64,000 nt of DNA. Origin: Podarcis vaucheri (Eukaryota). The stretch is from assembly GCA_965113315.1 (NCBI GenBank), contig OZ220369.1; one strand, 5' to 3'. Positions within the stretch are counted from its first letter, which is position 1. Each line of letters begins with the position of its first letter. A program made the translations under genes and the position numbers. Of this stretch, positions 1 to 12,098 are shown piece after piece. Below the pieces are notes generated by a model that ran no database searches, was not told the origin of the DNA, and worked only from the letters and a program-made list of their open reading frames with translations.

Positions 1-493
1 ACATAGAAGATAGAACAAACTTTGTTTTCTGCTGCCTTGGAGGGTAGGACCTGAACCAATGGATTCAAATGACAAGAAAGGAGATTCTGACTAAACATCA
101 GGAAGATCATTCTGATGGTAAGAGCTGTTCAATAGTGGAATGGATTCCCTCAGAAAGTGGTGGGCTCTCCTTCCTTGGATGTTTTTAAACAGAGGTTGGA
201 TAGCAATCTGTCTGGGATTCTTTAGCTGCTATTCCTGCATTGCAAGGAATTGGACTAGATCATTTGGCTAACTCCTAGGGGCCAAGGGGTATTTGCTCTC
301 TCAATAAAATATTTGGGGGGCCACCCCTCCAAGTTGATGGGCATTACCATTCAAATGGTGTGCGTGCAACGCATCATATGATCAATTATGTGAGGCGGAG
401 ATTACTTGCCCTCCTATATTTTATTCAAGTAGGCACTCCAGGACTAGATGACTCTTGTGGTCCCTTCCAACTTGACAATTCTATGATTCTATG
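1..493 (+). mobile_element. CR1 LINE 3' fragment (decayed ORF2 C-terminus plus 3'UTR), interrupted by a hAT MITE
   Basis: Degenerate frame ...RF*LNIRKIILMVRAVQ*WNGFPQKVVGSPSLDVFKQRLD is typical of the CR1 ORF2 end; terminates ggtcccttccaac...attctatgattctatg, the CR1 8-bp tail. Confidence 0.9.
261..441. mobile_element. hAT-type MITE nested in the CR1 3'UTR
   Basis: 8-bp TSD gactagat at 253-260 and 442-449; degenerate short TIRs. Confidence 0.75.
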
Positions 494-1280
494 AAAGCAA
501 GTCCTGTTCATTTCAATGGGTCTACTCTAAATCTTGATCCAAACCAAAGTTCCCATACATTGAATGAGGCATGCCCTGGAGAACTTTGTGGTAGATTGTG
601 TACCTCATGTTGATCAGCATGGAGGTGGTGAATTTTTGCTTTTCTGGGTCAAGTACCAGCCTAATTACTTGTTTGTTTTTCTGGCCCTGGCTATTAGCCA
701 TGGTGACAATCTGAATCCTCCCTATTTAAAATTAATATATCATTGGGCATCAGCTGCTATGGAACCACAGTGGAAGAGGTACATTGTACTCATATTCATG
801 GACTCTTTGAAGGCATCATCTGGTTGGCCACTTTGGACTGATCCAGCAATTTTCTCCTTATATTCTTAGCGGGCTCTTTTTCCCTGGCATAAGTCATTGT
901 AATTCCTTCCAAAATGCTAACTGCCGATGTCTCCAGCTTCTTTCAGAAAGATGCCACATGCTCTTGTCTCTTGCTCATGCAAAACAACTTGTTCTGGCCA
1001 CAATTTTCCCCAAACTATTTCAAAACGCCAGGAGCCAAGAGAATGTAGCCTTCAGCCTCCAAACACCCTGGTTCCTTTGAGACAAACAGTTTGTTGGAAT
1101 CACTCTCAGCACTTATGGGGAAAATATCAAGCTTGTTGCCAGTTATTTCTGGAATGGTTGGCTTGCCTCAGTGACCTACAATGGGGACGGATATAGTTCC
1201 TTTCCAGGGAAGTTGCTTTCGTTTATGTTTTCATGAGTGAGCAATTGCAAAGCACTTTGCTATGGTTTTTTATTGAGCCC

Positions 1281-1580
1281 ATAAGAACATAATAGATTTC
1301 TGCTGGATCAGGCCAATGGCCCATCTAGTCTAATGACTTGTTCTCAGAGTGGCCAACCATATGCTTGTGGAATGCTAACAAGCAGGATTTGAACACAAGA
1401 GCACTCTTCCCTCCTGTGGGTTCCAGCAAGTGGTATTCAGAACCGTTGCTGCTCCATCCATGGAGGCAGAGCACAGTCATCATGGCTAGGAGCCATCAAT
1501 CACCCTCTCCATGAATTTGTCTAATCTTCTTTCAAAGCTGTCGAGGTTGGTGGCCACCACTGCCTCCTGTGGGAGTGAGA
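1281..1580 (-). mobile_element. CR1 subfamily with (ttcttatg)n tail, 3' fragment
   Basis: cataagaacat...ctgctggatcaggccaatggcccatctagtc...atgaatttgtctaatc; the same sequence recurs many times and is joined to CR1 ORF2 coding sequence at 57641-57826. Confidence 0.8.
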
Positions 1581-2274
1581 ACTTGTGAATATGGTCAGGA
1601 CAGTATGTAATACAACATTTTACAAAATTAAACCATACCATCTGGAAGTCTGATCTGTCACGTTTGTCCTAACAGATTCACAGTTTTGCATTTTGATTTC
1701 TCAAAGCTGCTTTAAATATAAGCAAGTCCAGATATTTAATTCGTTGATCTCATCCTGTTGAACATCTTTTCAGTCACCCTTTTTCCTGAGGCTTATATTA
1801 CAATGCTAATAGACACACAAATGGAGAGTCATCTTAAAACAAAATGCTAGGAAGTTCTATCAGATGCTTCATTGCCATCTACAAACATACATGTCAAGAC
1901 ATTTGGATAGGGGGTGCCCATATTATACTGGACTATGGACCAATCAAATGGAGCCTAGAAGAAAATAGGAGTTTCAGCCCACTAGATCAGGGACAAGGTC
2001 AGTAGAAATATCCCAGTGGTGCCCTCCCAGTGGCCTTTGTAGTGTGCAATGAGTCATGCAAAACCACTAGGGAGTGCAGATGGGGGCCTGTATTTCCACC
2101 CTCATTAAAAGCTTGGTTCAGTGGGGCACAAATGAGCACTGCCACATGGATGGGGGTGCTTGACATTGACCTCTGCAGCAGCTAATCCTGTGCAAGACCT
2201 GCTTCTTTGCACAGCTTCCCCTTAGTCAAGCAGGGCAGATGTCTCAATGGTGCATGAAACTGTCATATAATAAT

Positions 2275-2400
2275 AAAATCACAGAATTGTAGAGGTGGAA
2301 GAGACCATGAGGGTCACCTAGTCCAACCCCCTGCAATGCAGGGAACTTTTGCCAACATGGGGCTCAAACCCACAACCCTGAGATTAAGAGTCTCAAGTGA
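2275..2400 (-). mobile_element. tRNA-Lys-derived SINE with CR1 3' tail (P.s.1/SINE-like)
   Basis: Reverse complement reads gagactcttaatctcagggttgtgggtttgagcccc (tRNA-like) followed by a CR1-type tail; homologous to 63715-63878. Confidence 0.75.
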
Positions 2401-2772
2401 GTCGTCTCAGTTTCGATTTCTTATATTTTCTCATTCCCCCCCCCAAATGGGAGAGACCTGCTTCTTCATGTGTAAGCAACTGCTTACATCAACCCCATAC
2501 TCCTGATCTGCATGCCAAATCCTACAATCACACTTTTTAAATAAAACAAACCCAGACTCAGGAACAGGAGAGTGTGATTTGCAAGGAGGCAAGATGTGCT
2601 TGTGGGGTGGGACTCTTCCAAAGCTTTAAAACAACAACAGCACTAAAATCGGACATGAGATAATATTGGCTATGTAGCCCAAAGGCTAGGTAACCAGGAA
2701 CTGGAATCAAGTTGTTTACTGCATGGTATGTGTACACATAAGAGAGATCAAGAATGGTTTGGCAATCATGAA

Positions 2773-3190
2773 TAGGGATGGGCAAATATTTCCATTTTGG
2801 TTTCTCCGCCCCCCTCCCCCCACTTTTTCCAAGCTTAATTTCAATTCTCCACATTTCCACACTAGTTAGATATTTTTTTAAGCGTGCATGGAAATTTATC
2901 AGCATTTTAGTGCAATTTTTTCGATGCCATTTTGCCTACTATACACATTTTTAAGTAACTTTTTCTAATACAATGAAAATTTTAGTGTTATTTTCATTAA
3001 TATATGTGTTTTTTTCTGCACATTTTTCTCTAGCAGATGTATTTCTGTACACACAACATGGATGGAGAATGGCACTGCAAAATTCAGAGGCATGCAAATT
3101 GTGAAGGATGGCTGTGTTTCACTTTGCAGATTGCTTTGGAAAGTGCGAATTAGGGTTAAATGCAAACTGAATTAAACCTCTCTACCCAAA
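2773..3190. mobile_element. Old AT-rich non-autonomous hAT (tagggatgg terminus)
   Basis: Starts tagggatgggc; related pieces at about 15498-15930, 31470-31700 and 42020-42560. Confidence 0.55.
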
Positions 3191-3656
3191 CAGCACTCAT
3201 GATATATAAAGCTTGTCTATTTGCGCCACCTGTGCAACCTTGTTTTGCAAATTAGAAGTGTGTTCTGCAGTCAGGGGCTACATAGAACACTGGAACAAAC
3301 TGCCCAGGAGTGTTATGGAAACAATTGGTTGGACAAGTTTAGCTTGATGTAGGTATGAGCCGAGCAGCTAATTCCATCCCGTTCCATCCCTTGTTATCCT
3401 ACTGCAACCATTCCTTCCTGTTTTGTGCATTTTGTTTGCACTTTCAACAAAAAGCACATACTTTTTAATGTAAAATGCATACTCTACAATGTTTTTCAAG
3501 GCATTCATTAGTAAGATTTTTAAAATGTGTCTTTTATGTAAAATAATATTTTTGTGTGCACTCTTCCTGCATTGGGGTGTATGGGGTGTTAGGGGAGGGG
3601 TAGTACCTCTGGTGGGGGAGACTGCTACCACTGAGAAGGTCCACTTCCATCTCCAA

Positions 3657-4121
3657 CATACCCTATAATATTTCTCCAATGAAAATAGGGATATTTCATT
3701 TCACAATGATAATTTTGCTATTTATACCCCACATATCAGTGGTGGCCAAACTCAGCCCTCCAGATGTTTTGGGACTACAATTCCCATCATCCCTGACCAC
3801 TGGTTCTGTTAGCTAGGGATGATGGGAGTTATAGTCTCAAAACATCTGGAGGGCTGAGTTTGGCCCTCTCTGCCACACATCTTACTGGGTTGCCCAGCTA
3901 CTCTGAGCAGCTTCCAACATATATAAAAACATAAGAAAACATGAAACATTAAAAACACTTTTCTATACAGGATTGCCTTCAGATGGCTCGGGGGTCAGAT
4001 AACTCCATACCCTCCAACATGAGAATAGGGACGTCCTAAGGAAAAGTAGGACATTCTGGGATCAAATCAGAAACTGGGACGGCTTCTCTAAATCAGGGAC
4101 ATCCCTGGAAAATAGGGTCTG
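3657..4121 (+). mobile_element. hAT (Blackjack-like) non-autonomous element with duplicated left end and internal L2-tail cargo
   Basis: cataccct...gaaaataggga at 3657 and again cataccctccaacat...gaatagggac at 4006; gggac-rich right subterminus similar to 31711-31807; an antisense L2-like 3' tail lies between the two left ends. No TSD found. Confidence 0.6.
3737..3872 (+). mobile_element. hAT-Charlie-like hairpin MITE
   Basis: Fold-back structure ccctccagatgtttt...aaaacatctggaggg; TSD ccacatat/ccacacat (1 mismatch). Confidence 0.85.
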
Positions 4122-5007
4122 ACATAATCACCAGGTAACAATCCACTGACCATAGAGGAACCAGCAGGATCTCCTTGAAAACTCTCAAAAGATTAGCTTG
4201 GTCTGTACTAGGGGAAAGGAGGTATTCTGGTCCCAAGTCATTTAGGGCTTCAAATGTCAATGATGAAACCTTGAATTTGGCTCAGTAGCCAGCACAGGTG
4301 CTTCAACATTGGTATAATATATATGTAAAGCCCATTAAATAATCCAGCAGCTTCATTTTACACTAGCTGCAGCTTCTCAACCAGGAGCAAAAGTAGACCC
4401 ACATAAAGAGCATTACAGTAGTCTAATCAGAAGGTTTCTTCTTTGCTAAGATACTTGTCTTGTTCCCATTGAAGATACTTCCCTGTAAATCAAAGTCCCA
4501 GTGAATATGCTCTACACATCTGACATTAATTTCAATTTGGGCTAGATATCTAAAGGAGAAGTTTCTTCCCCTATTTCTGTTTACTTTTTCCCAGGCCTCC
4601 AAAGTCCATTGACAAAGACGCTTCATTTACTACCAGGCAAACAGGGGGGTTTGCGACAAGGGGATCAAGCTGTTGCGTAAACAACAGTATGCAAAGCCAC
4701 AGATGGAGACAAGAGAGAAAACAAACAGAGGACACAAAGTTTGAATTTGGTGGTATTTCCAAATTGTCAAAACAGGAGGCAGGCACAGGGACCTATGAGA
4801 CACAACCCTGACCTTCCAGAAACAAAGAAACATGCTTCAGCATTCTACAGTTTATTCATCACATACAATTTTATTACTTGGAGGCAAATGATTTTCACCT
4901 GTCGAATCCCAAAGGCTGTGAGAACTCAGGGCAGACTAAAAGGAAGTCCTTTTTCACACAGTAATGGAATTCATTCCCACAAGATGCAGTGAGGGCTCCT
5001 AACATTA

Positions 5008-5357
5008 AAAGGTAAAAGTAAAGATAAGGGACCCCTGACCATTAGGTCCAGTCGTGACCGTCTCTGGGGTTGCGGCGCTTATCTCGCTTTATTGGCCGAG
5101 GGAACCGGCATACAGCTTCTGGGTCGTGTGGCCAGCATGACTAAGCCACTTCTGGCGAACCAGAGCAGCGCACGGAAATGCCGTTTGCCTTCCCGCTGAA
5201 GCAATACCTATTTATCTACTTGCACTTTGATGTGCTTTTGAACTGCTAGGTGGGCAGGAGCAGGGACCGAGCAATGGGAGCTCACCCTGTTGCGGGGATT
5301 TGAACCGCCGACCTTCTGATCGGCAAGTCCTAGGCAAGTTGTGGCCACCCGCGTCCC
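5008..5357 (-). mobile_element. Sauria SINE
   Basis: Reverse complement of the copy at 62797-63153; (accttt)-type tail; flanked by aacattaaaag-like direct repeats. Confidence 0.92.
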
Positions 5358-5445
5358 AGCCCAACATTAAAAGAGGATTAGACAAATTCACGGAGGAGAA
5401 GGCTATCAAAGGCTATTAGCCACAATGGCTAGAGTATGTTCTACC

Positions 5446-5647
5446 CAGTGGTGGAGCTTCATGTTCTGGCACCAGGGGGCAGAGAGCAGATGGGGGCATG
5501 GCTGGTGCATGTCCGGGGGGCATGACGCACTGTCTGCAGGGGCATGGTGCCCAGTGTGTGTGGGAGGGGCAGCCGTGATGGCACCACACTGGGATCATGC
5601 TGCTGGGAGCAGCGCACTCGCCCCACGCCCCTCTTCCTCCGCCAGTG
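5446..5647. mobile_element. hAT (Tip100-like) GC-rich MITE
   Basis: Termini cagtggtggag / ctccgccagtg; TSD gttctacc/gttcttcc (1 mismatch). Confidence 0.75.
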
Positions 5648-6237
5648 GTTCTTCCTCCACTGCTGGAGGGAGGATGCCTCTGAATGCCAGCTGCTGGGAA
5701 TCACAAGTGGGGAGTGAGTGCCACTGCCCTCAGGTCCTGCTTCTGGATTTCCCCATAGAGGTGTCTGGTTGGCCACTGTGAGCTGGATTAGATGGGCTTT
5801 TGGCTTGACCCAGCAGGGCTGTCCTTATGTTCTAAACTAAGGAAATATCTAAAACATACCAAATGCTGCTCCTCACCTCCAAACAAGCTGAATCCCTACA
5901 ATTCTAACCCTAATGAGGACCTTGGGAGCCATCGCCTGTTGAGCCATCCCCAGGTTAAAAGAATCAAGGTCAATAAATGGAAAGTGAGCTACTCAGTCAA
6001 TTAATTTGGCATAATCAGGGATTCATCAATAAAAATCTGCATATGCCTGTATAGGATTTGGAGGGATGCATTTTAAAAAGTGATTCACATATTAATAAAG
6101 CAGGGGCCATCTTAGAAGAGACATTTACATACTGTGTCTGAAAGAGGAAATGTCACCTCTCTCTCTCATTTATAAATCACTTTAAAAAACAAACAAACAA
6201 CTGTCTTGTTTTTTGGTTTCTTAGATAATTTTATAGT

Positions 6238-6632
6238 CAAAGTGTTGGTGCTGACCTTTAAAGCCCTAAACGGCCTTGGCCCAGTATACCTAAAGGAACG
6301 TCTCCACCCCATTGCTCAGACCGGACATTGAGGTCCTCCTCCGAGGGTTTTCTGGAGGTTCCCTCACTGCAAGAAGTGAGGTTACAGGGAAGCAGGCAGA
6401 GGGCCTTTTCAGCAGTGGCACCCTCCCTGTGAAACACTCTCCCATCAGATGTCAAGGAAATAAACAACTACACAACATCCCGAAGACATCCGAAGGCAGC
6501 CCTGTATCAAGAAGGATTAATGTTTGATGTTTACTATGTTTTTTTATGTGCTGTAAGCCACCCAGAGTGGCTAGGGAAACCTAGCCAGATGGGCGGAGTA
6601 TAAATGAAATTGTTGTTGTTGTTGTTGTTGTT
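6238..6632 (+). mobile_element. L2 LINE 3' fragment
   Basis: Homologous to 7091-7505; ends in (gtt)n. Confidence 0.85.
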
Positions 6633-6814
6633 CCGCCTTTCTCCCAATGCAGGACCCAAAGTGGTTGACAGCACAAATTAAAACAAATTCAACTAAAACA
6701 TGCACAATAAATATTTTAAAAACCAATAAATAATCCTATAAAACAGTACCAAAAACACTCAAAACTTTTTACAAGCACACAAAAATGTTCTCCATTGATT
6801 TGAGAATGAAATGC

Positions 6815-7466
6815 TGTGTCCAGGGCAGCTGTCTACCAGCTCCACCTGGTACGCAGGCTAAGACCCTACCTGCCCGCAGACTGTCTTGCCAGAGTGGTGC
6901 ATGCTCTAGTTATCTCCCGCTTGGACTACTGCAACGCGCTCTACGTGGGGCTACCTTTGAAGGTGACCCGGAAACTGCAATTAATCCAGAATGTGGCAGC
7001 TAGACTGGTGACTGGGAGTGGCCGCTGGGACCACATAACACCGGTTCTGAGAGATCTGCATTGGCTCCCAGTACGTTTCTGAGCACAATTCAAAGTGTTG
7101 GTGCTGACCTTTAAAGCCCTAAATGGCCTCGGTCCTGTATACCTGAAGGAGCGTCTCCACCCCCATCGTTCAGCCCGGACACTGAGATCCAGCACCGAGG
7201 GCCTTCTGGCGGTTCCCTCATTGCGAGAAGTAAGGTTACAGGGAACCAGGCAGAGGGCCTTCTCAGTAGCGGCGCCTGCCCTGTGGAACGCCCTCCCAGC
7301 AGATGTCAAAGCAATAAACAACTATTTTACTTTTAAAAGACAACTGAAGGCAGCCCTCTTTAGGGAAGTTTTTAATGTCTGATGCTGTACTGTTTTTAAT
7401 ATTCAGTTGGAAGCCGCCCAGAGTGGCTGGGGAAACCCAGCCAGATGGGCAGGGTATAAATAATAA

Positions 7467-7505
<39 letters not shown>
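6815..7505 (+). mobile_element. L2 LINE, 5'-truncated (ORF2 C-terminus, 3'UTR, (tta)n tail)
   Basis: ORFs 6816-7082 (VHALVISRLDYCNALYVGLP...LQLIQNVAARLV...HITPVLRDLHWLPV) and 7095-7382 (RAFSVAAPALWNALP) are hallmark L2 ORF2 motifs, separated by one in-frame stop. Confidence 0.95.
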
Positions 7506-7506
<1 letters not shown>

Positions 7507-8699
7507 TGTACATATGCAGCCTGTTTGCTTTAGAAGGGGTCGATGATTAGCATTACATCTGCACCAGCATTTTCACTAACCCTAGGGTCTATGTTTAATA
7601 AAGCATAGAGGAGACAGAGCAGAGGGATGTATTCTGGATAGTGAACCAGGGACTCTCAGCATGCAAAGCAGAGGCTCTCCCACTGAGCTATGGTCTTTTC
7701 TACAAATGTGCACTGGGGAATTCAGGTGAGAAATGGGCTGTTGCTATTCTTATCTAGGAAAAGTTAAAGGGTATGGGGGTGGGGGAAGGAGTTTGAAGAG
7801 TCAGCAAATTGGCTGTGTTGATAAAACAATTTTAATGGGAGGCTTCTTTTCTGCAGCATTTCTGGATCCACATCAGAGAGGCAATAAAGCACCGCAGACA
7901 CCACAGCAATTGTATTGCTCAGGAAATCTGGGACGTGAGCCACGGTGTGTGACAAACACCGGCAGTGGAAGGCTGCTCTGCCAAATACGGTTGCCATGCA
8001 CGGACCTGTTGCCATCCCATCAGGGCCTTCCCCCGCTCCCTGAACTATCCACAAAGCGCTTTATCGGTCCATCCCATGCTTTGAATGTAAACAACATTTG
8101 GCTCGTACCTGAGAGGAGAGAGGCCCCAGGAGAACTCTGCACAGGATATTCCCAGCCTTTTTAATACTTCCTTTCTCGGCGCATTATGAAGTCTGACTGA
8201 CAAGTCATAGGAAAATGGCTTTGGGTTTCCCCCCCAGGAGCCGGACAGCCATAAAAACGCAAAAACATAACAACAGAGCTGTTAATCCTGACCCTGTTGT
8301 ACTGTATGCGTCGAATAACAGCTCCCCAGCTGTGAAATGCATGGCCTGCTTAGGTGAAGATGGCAGACGTCAGGAGGACGAGGTTAAAGGTCGCGTCATA
8401 TTTTGTCACTTTGAAAGGCCCTGGGGTGGGGGCTGCGTGATGACCAACACTCTGCCAAAAACTTGGTGTGATGATGAGACGGACACCCAACAACATTTTC
8501 CATCTGTTTACAATTTTTTAACTGACTTTTCAGTAAACTGTGAGTGCTTGCAGGAGAAAAAGAATTCAGTGATTGCGAGTGAGTGTGAGAGACTAACTCT
8601 GGGAAACAGGTGTAAGTAGCCTCACCTAAAAGGTAATAGTCAGAGGATGGCATGAAAGTCAGAGGATGGCATGGCATTGGAAGGGGTTTTATGGATGAA

Positions 8700-8820
8700 C
8701 TTCTCTGGACATCTGTCACAGGTGCTTTAGTTGAGATTACTGCATCTGCAGGAGGTTGGACCAGATGATCCTCAGGTTTCCTTCCAACCATACAATTGTA
8801 TGATTCTAGGATTCTATGAG
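8700..8820 (+). mobile_element. CR1 3' tail
   Basis: ggttggaccagatgatcctcagg...ccttccaacc...attctaggattctatg. Confidence 0.75.
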
Positions 8821-9081
8821 CTCCTGTCCTTAGTGAGGGGACATATAATCATATGATGTACGGGTGACCCTCCAGAAATTTATGGACTACAGCTCCCATC
8901 ATCCCTGACCATTGGCCGTGCTGACTGTTGTTGATGGGTGTCAGAGTCCAACAACAATGGGAGGGCGACAGATTCCTCACCTCTGATGTAAATAGTATAT
9001 TCAGCATTGCCTTGTCAATCTTCAAAGAGGATAAGTGATGCCGTGGAATGCAAATCCCCCTGCTGGATTTTGAGCGTTGCT

Positions 9082-9722
9082 TAAACATAAAAATGTAAGA
9101 AGGGCCTGCTGGATCAGGCCAACAGCCCATCTAACCCAGCATCTTGTTCTCACTGTGGTTACCCAGATGACTGTGGGAAACCTCAAGCAGCACCCAAGGA
9201 CAAGAACACTCTCCCACCCCTGTGGCTTCCAGAGGCAGAACATAGCCATTGTGACTAGTAGACGTTGAAAGCCTTATACTACATGAATTTGTCTAATATC
9301 CTCTTTTAAAACCATCCAAATTGGTGTCCATCATTGCTTACTGTGGGAGTGAGTTCCATAGTTTAACTACGCACAGCACAAATAATTACCGTATTTTTCG
9401 CTCTATAACACGCACCCAACCATAACACGCACGTAGTTTTTAGAGGAGGAAAATCTGTAGGCATGCCACCCGTAGGCATTCCCTCCATAACACGCACAGA
9501 CATTTCCACTTACTTTTTAGGAGGAAAAAAGTGAGTGTTATGGTGCAAAAAATATGGTACTTCTTTCTATCTGTCCTGAATTTTACAGCATTCAGCTTCT
9601 TTGGGTGTCTACAAGTTCTAGCGCTGTGAGAAAGGGCTCTGTCCACTTTCTTCATGTCATGCATAACTTTACTAACTTCCATAATGTCACCTCTTACTTG
9701 CCTTTTCTCTAAACTAAGAAGT
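9082..9722 (-). mobile_element. CR1 (ttcttatg-tail subfamily) fragment interrupted by a Tc2-type MITE
   Basis: Minus ORF 9440-9745 contains LGLLSLEKRQVRGDIMEVSKVMH...TCRHPKKL...FRTDRKKY, a CR1 ORF2 C-terminus. Confidence 0.85.
9389..9557. mobile_element. TcMar-Tc2-like MITE, short form (169 bp)
   Basis: TA|ccgtatttttcgctctataacacgcac ... gtgagtgttatggtgcaaaaaatatgg|TA; TA duplication. Confidence 0.85.
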
Positions 9723-10849
9723 CCCAAGAGGATGAGTCCCATCATCCTTGACCATTGGCCCCGCCGGCTGTTTCTGATGGGAGCTGGACTCCAAGAACAT
9801 CAGGAGGGCAACAGTTCCCCCATCCCTGTGAAAGCAGTAAGTAGTACCATGGAATGCAAATCCTCCTGACAGATTTTGCACATTACCTAGTCAAGATGTG
9901 TAGTGATGATTCTGCATACAAAGCTGGCAGTATATAAAAGGCCATATTTACATGGGCAAGTTACACACCAGCAGCACTTGGAGACTTGGATGGATAATGC
10001 ACAAAATCCTTGGATGAAAACGTGCATTCTTAGCAGCTCATGCCGTTAAGAACATAGGAATGTAAGATGAGCCCTGTTGGATCACAGCAAAGGTCCATCT
10101 AATCCAGCATCCTCTTTTCAACAACGGCTGACCAGATGTCTCTAGGAAGTCCTCAAGCTTGTTATGAATGCATTGACCTTTCAGCATTGCATGTTCCCTT
10201 CATCTGGTATTCAGAGGTAGCCTGCTATTTTCCACTGTCGTTATTTATTACGTGTTGACAGCACTACCCTCCATGGATTCACTGATACCCATTTTTTTGT
10301 CTTCAAGTGACAATGTAAAATCATCTGTCTATGGCATGGTGGTCCTCTCCATTTTGTTGGGCTTCATCTCCCATCAGCTCCAGTCAGTATGGACGATGGT
10401 CAGAGTTGATGGGAGCTGCAGTCCAACATCCTCTGGAGGGCCACAAGTTCCCTACATGAAATGGACCTTTGATAGCTCCTTTTATGTTTGCAACTCTTAA
10501 AAGGCACAACTGACCTGTATTGTTGTGCTCCTACATGTCCACTCTTGCTTAAGAGCATAAGAAGTGCCTTGCTTGGCTCAGACAAGGCCCACTTAATCCA
10601 ACATTCTTTGCAAAAATCTCAACAATCTGAAGACAGACCGTGGTCATCAGAAATTGACTAGTGATCCCTGCCCTTGCTTCCCAACCCTGTTGCCCTCCCA
10701 CTTCATGTCTCTCCAAGAGGTACAACTGAACTTTGCATCCTCTTATTGTATCAAAATGGATCCTTTATACACCCAGTAGATTGCTTTGGTCTGCAGGAAA
10801 GTTTCTCTAGCAAGTTCCAAACATCTCAGAATCTTGTTCCCTGGTAACT

Positions 10850-11135
10850 CAGAGCAGGGGTTTTTTTTTAGTGTGGCTGCCCCCATTTTGTGGAATAGCC
10901 TTCCTATTAAGATACAACAAGCTTTTTCTGTCCTTTCTGGAAACCAATTGAACACATTTTTGTTCTGACAGGCTTTCCCATCTGGATGAATGGATCTTTA
11001 CCACAATTGTCTAATTTGTATGGGTTTTAGTCTTGTCTTAAAGGTATTTGCTGGTTTTGTGTTTTTAACTATTGTTAATGACCTTTAGCATGCATCATCC
11101 TGAGAAGGTTGTTTTGAAGGTGATCAATAAATCAG
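10850..11135 (+). mobile_element. Old L2 3' fragment
   Basis: ORF 10786-10968 contains FSVAAPILWNSLP. Confidence 0.7.
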
Positions 11136-11681
11136 TAATGATGATGATAATTTATAGCCTGATACAATCTCCTTTAATGCTTTCTCTCCCCCCCCCACCT
11201 GTCTACATGTGTTATTTAGATAATAATGGTGTTCTGGATGCCCACAATAATCTAAAACGCCATTGCAGTGAAAACACCATGACGTTATTACTCTGAAATA
11301 TGTGGCTCAATATTTCATTGGCCTTTTTTTGGCCGCCACGTTGCAGAACTAATGATTTGGTTGCTGTCTGTCCCCCTCCTGAGGGGCTCGTTTAAACATC
11401 ACTGTTTCCAGGTACTTCTCCTTTCTACTCCATATCTGGGTTTTCGATTAGCCTTGTCCAGATGTATCAGATGCCTTCATTTTAGTTCCAAGTTCAATTT
11501 AATTTTATTATTTTTCTCCCCACTTTCCAATTTTGTTAAACCAGCTGTTGGGTGAAAATGGGTTAGGTTTCATTGGTGTCCTCCCTGTCACCCACAGGCA
11601 TCTCCTTCGGCCTCTTGGCTGAATCCCACCACTCACTGCATCAATGTCTAGCCTCTAGCCTTTACTTCTAAGATTTGAAGA

Positions 11682-11808
11682 AGAGTTGTAGCTCATTATT
11701 AGAGCATCTGCGTCGCATACCAAAGGTTCCAGGTTCAATCCCCAACATCTCCAAGTCAGCCTGGGAAAGTTCCTATCTGGTAAGCTGCTGCAGATCAGTG
11801 TAGACTAG
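11682..11808 (+). mobile_element. Squam3-like tRNA-derived SINE (5' part)
   Basis: gttgtagctcattattagagc (A box) ... ccaggttcaatccc (B box). Confidence 0.7.
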
Positions 11809-11924
11809 GGTGAGGAACCTCAGGCTGTCCGCCTGCAGTCTGTGGCCTGCAAGTAGCCACACTTGATACAATCAAGGCCAAGAGGGAGCCATGGCCACGA
11901 GGAACCAAACTCAGATGCAGGATT

Positions 11925-12098
11925 ATAGGAAGCTGGCTTATACAAAGCCAGGCCATTGCTCTGTCTAGCTCAGTGTTGTCTACACAGACTAGCAGAAACT
12001 CTCCAGGGTTTCAGGCAGAAGTATTTCTCCATGCTACCTGAGGGTGCCAGGGATCTTCTGGGTGAAAGCAGATGCAATACTCCTGAGCTATGACCCTT
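11925..12098 (-). mobile_element. Squam3-like SINE
   Basis: Homologous to other copies (ctagctcagt.ttgtctacac.gact.gcag..actctccagggtttcagg). Confidence 0.7.

Larger units (their letters stand above)
4921..5832 (+). mobile_element. CR1 (ttcttatg-tail subfamily) 3' fragment hosting two nested insertions
   Basis: ggcagactaaaaggaagtccttttt...gaggattagacaaattcacggaggagaaggctatc...ccttatgttct. Confidence 0.8.
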
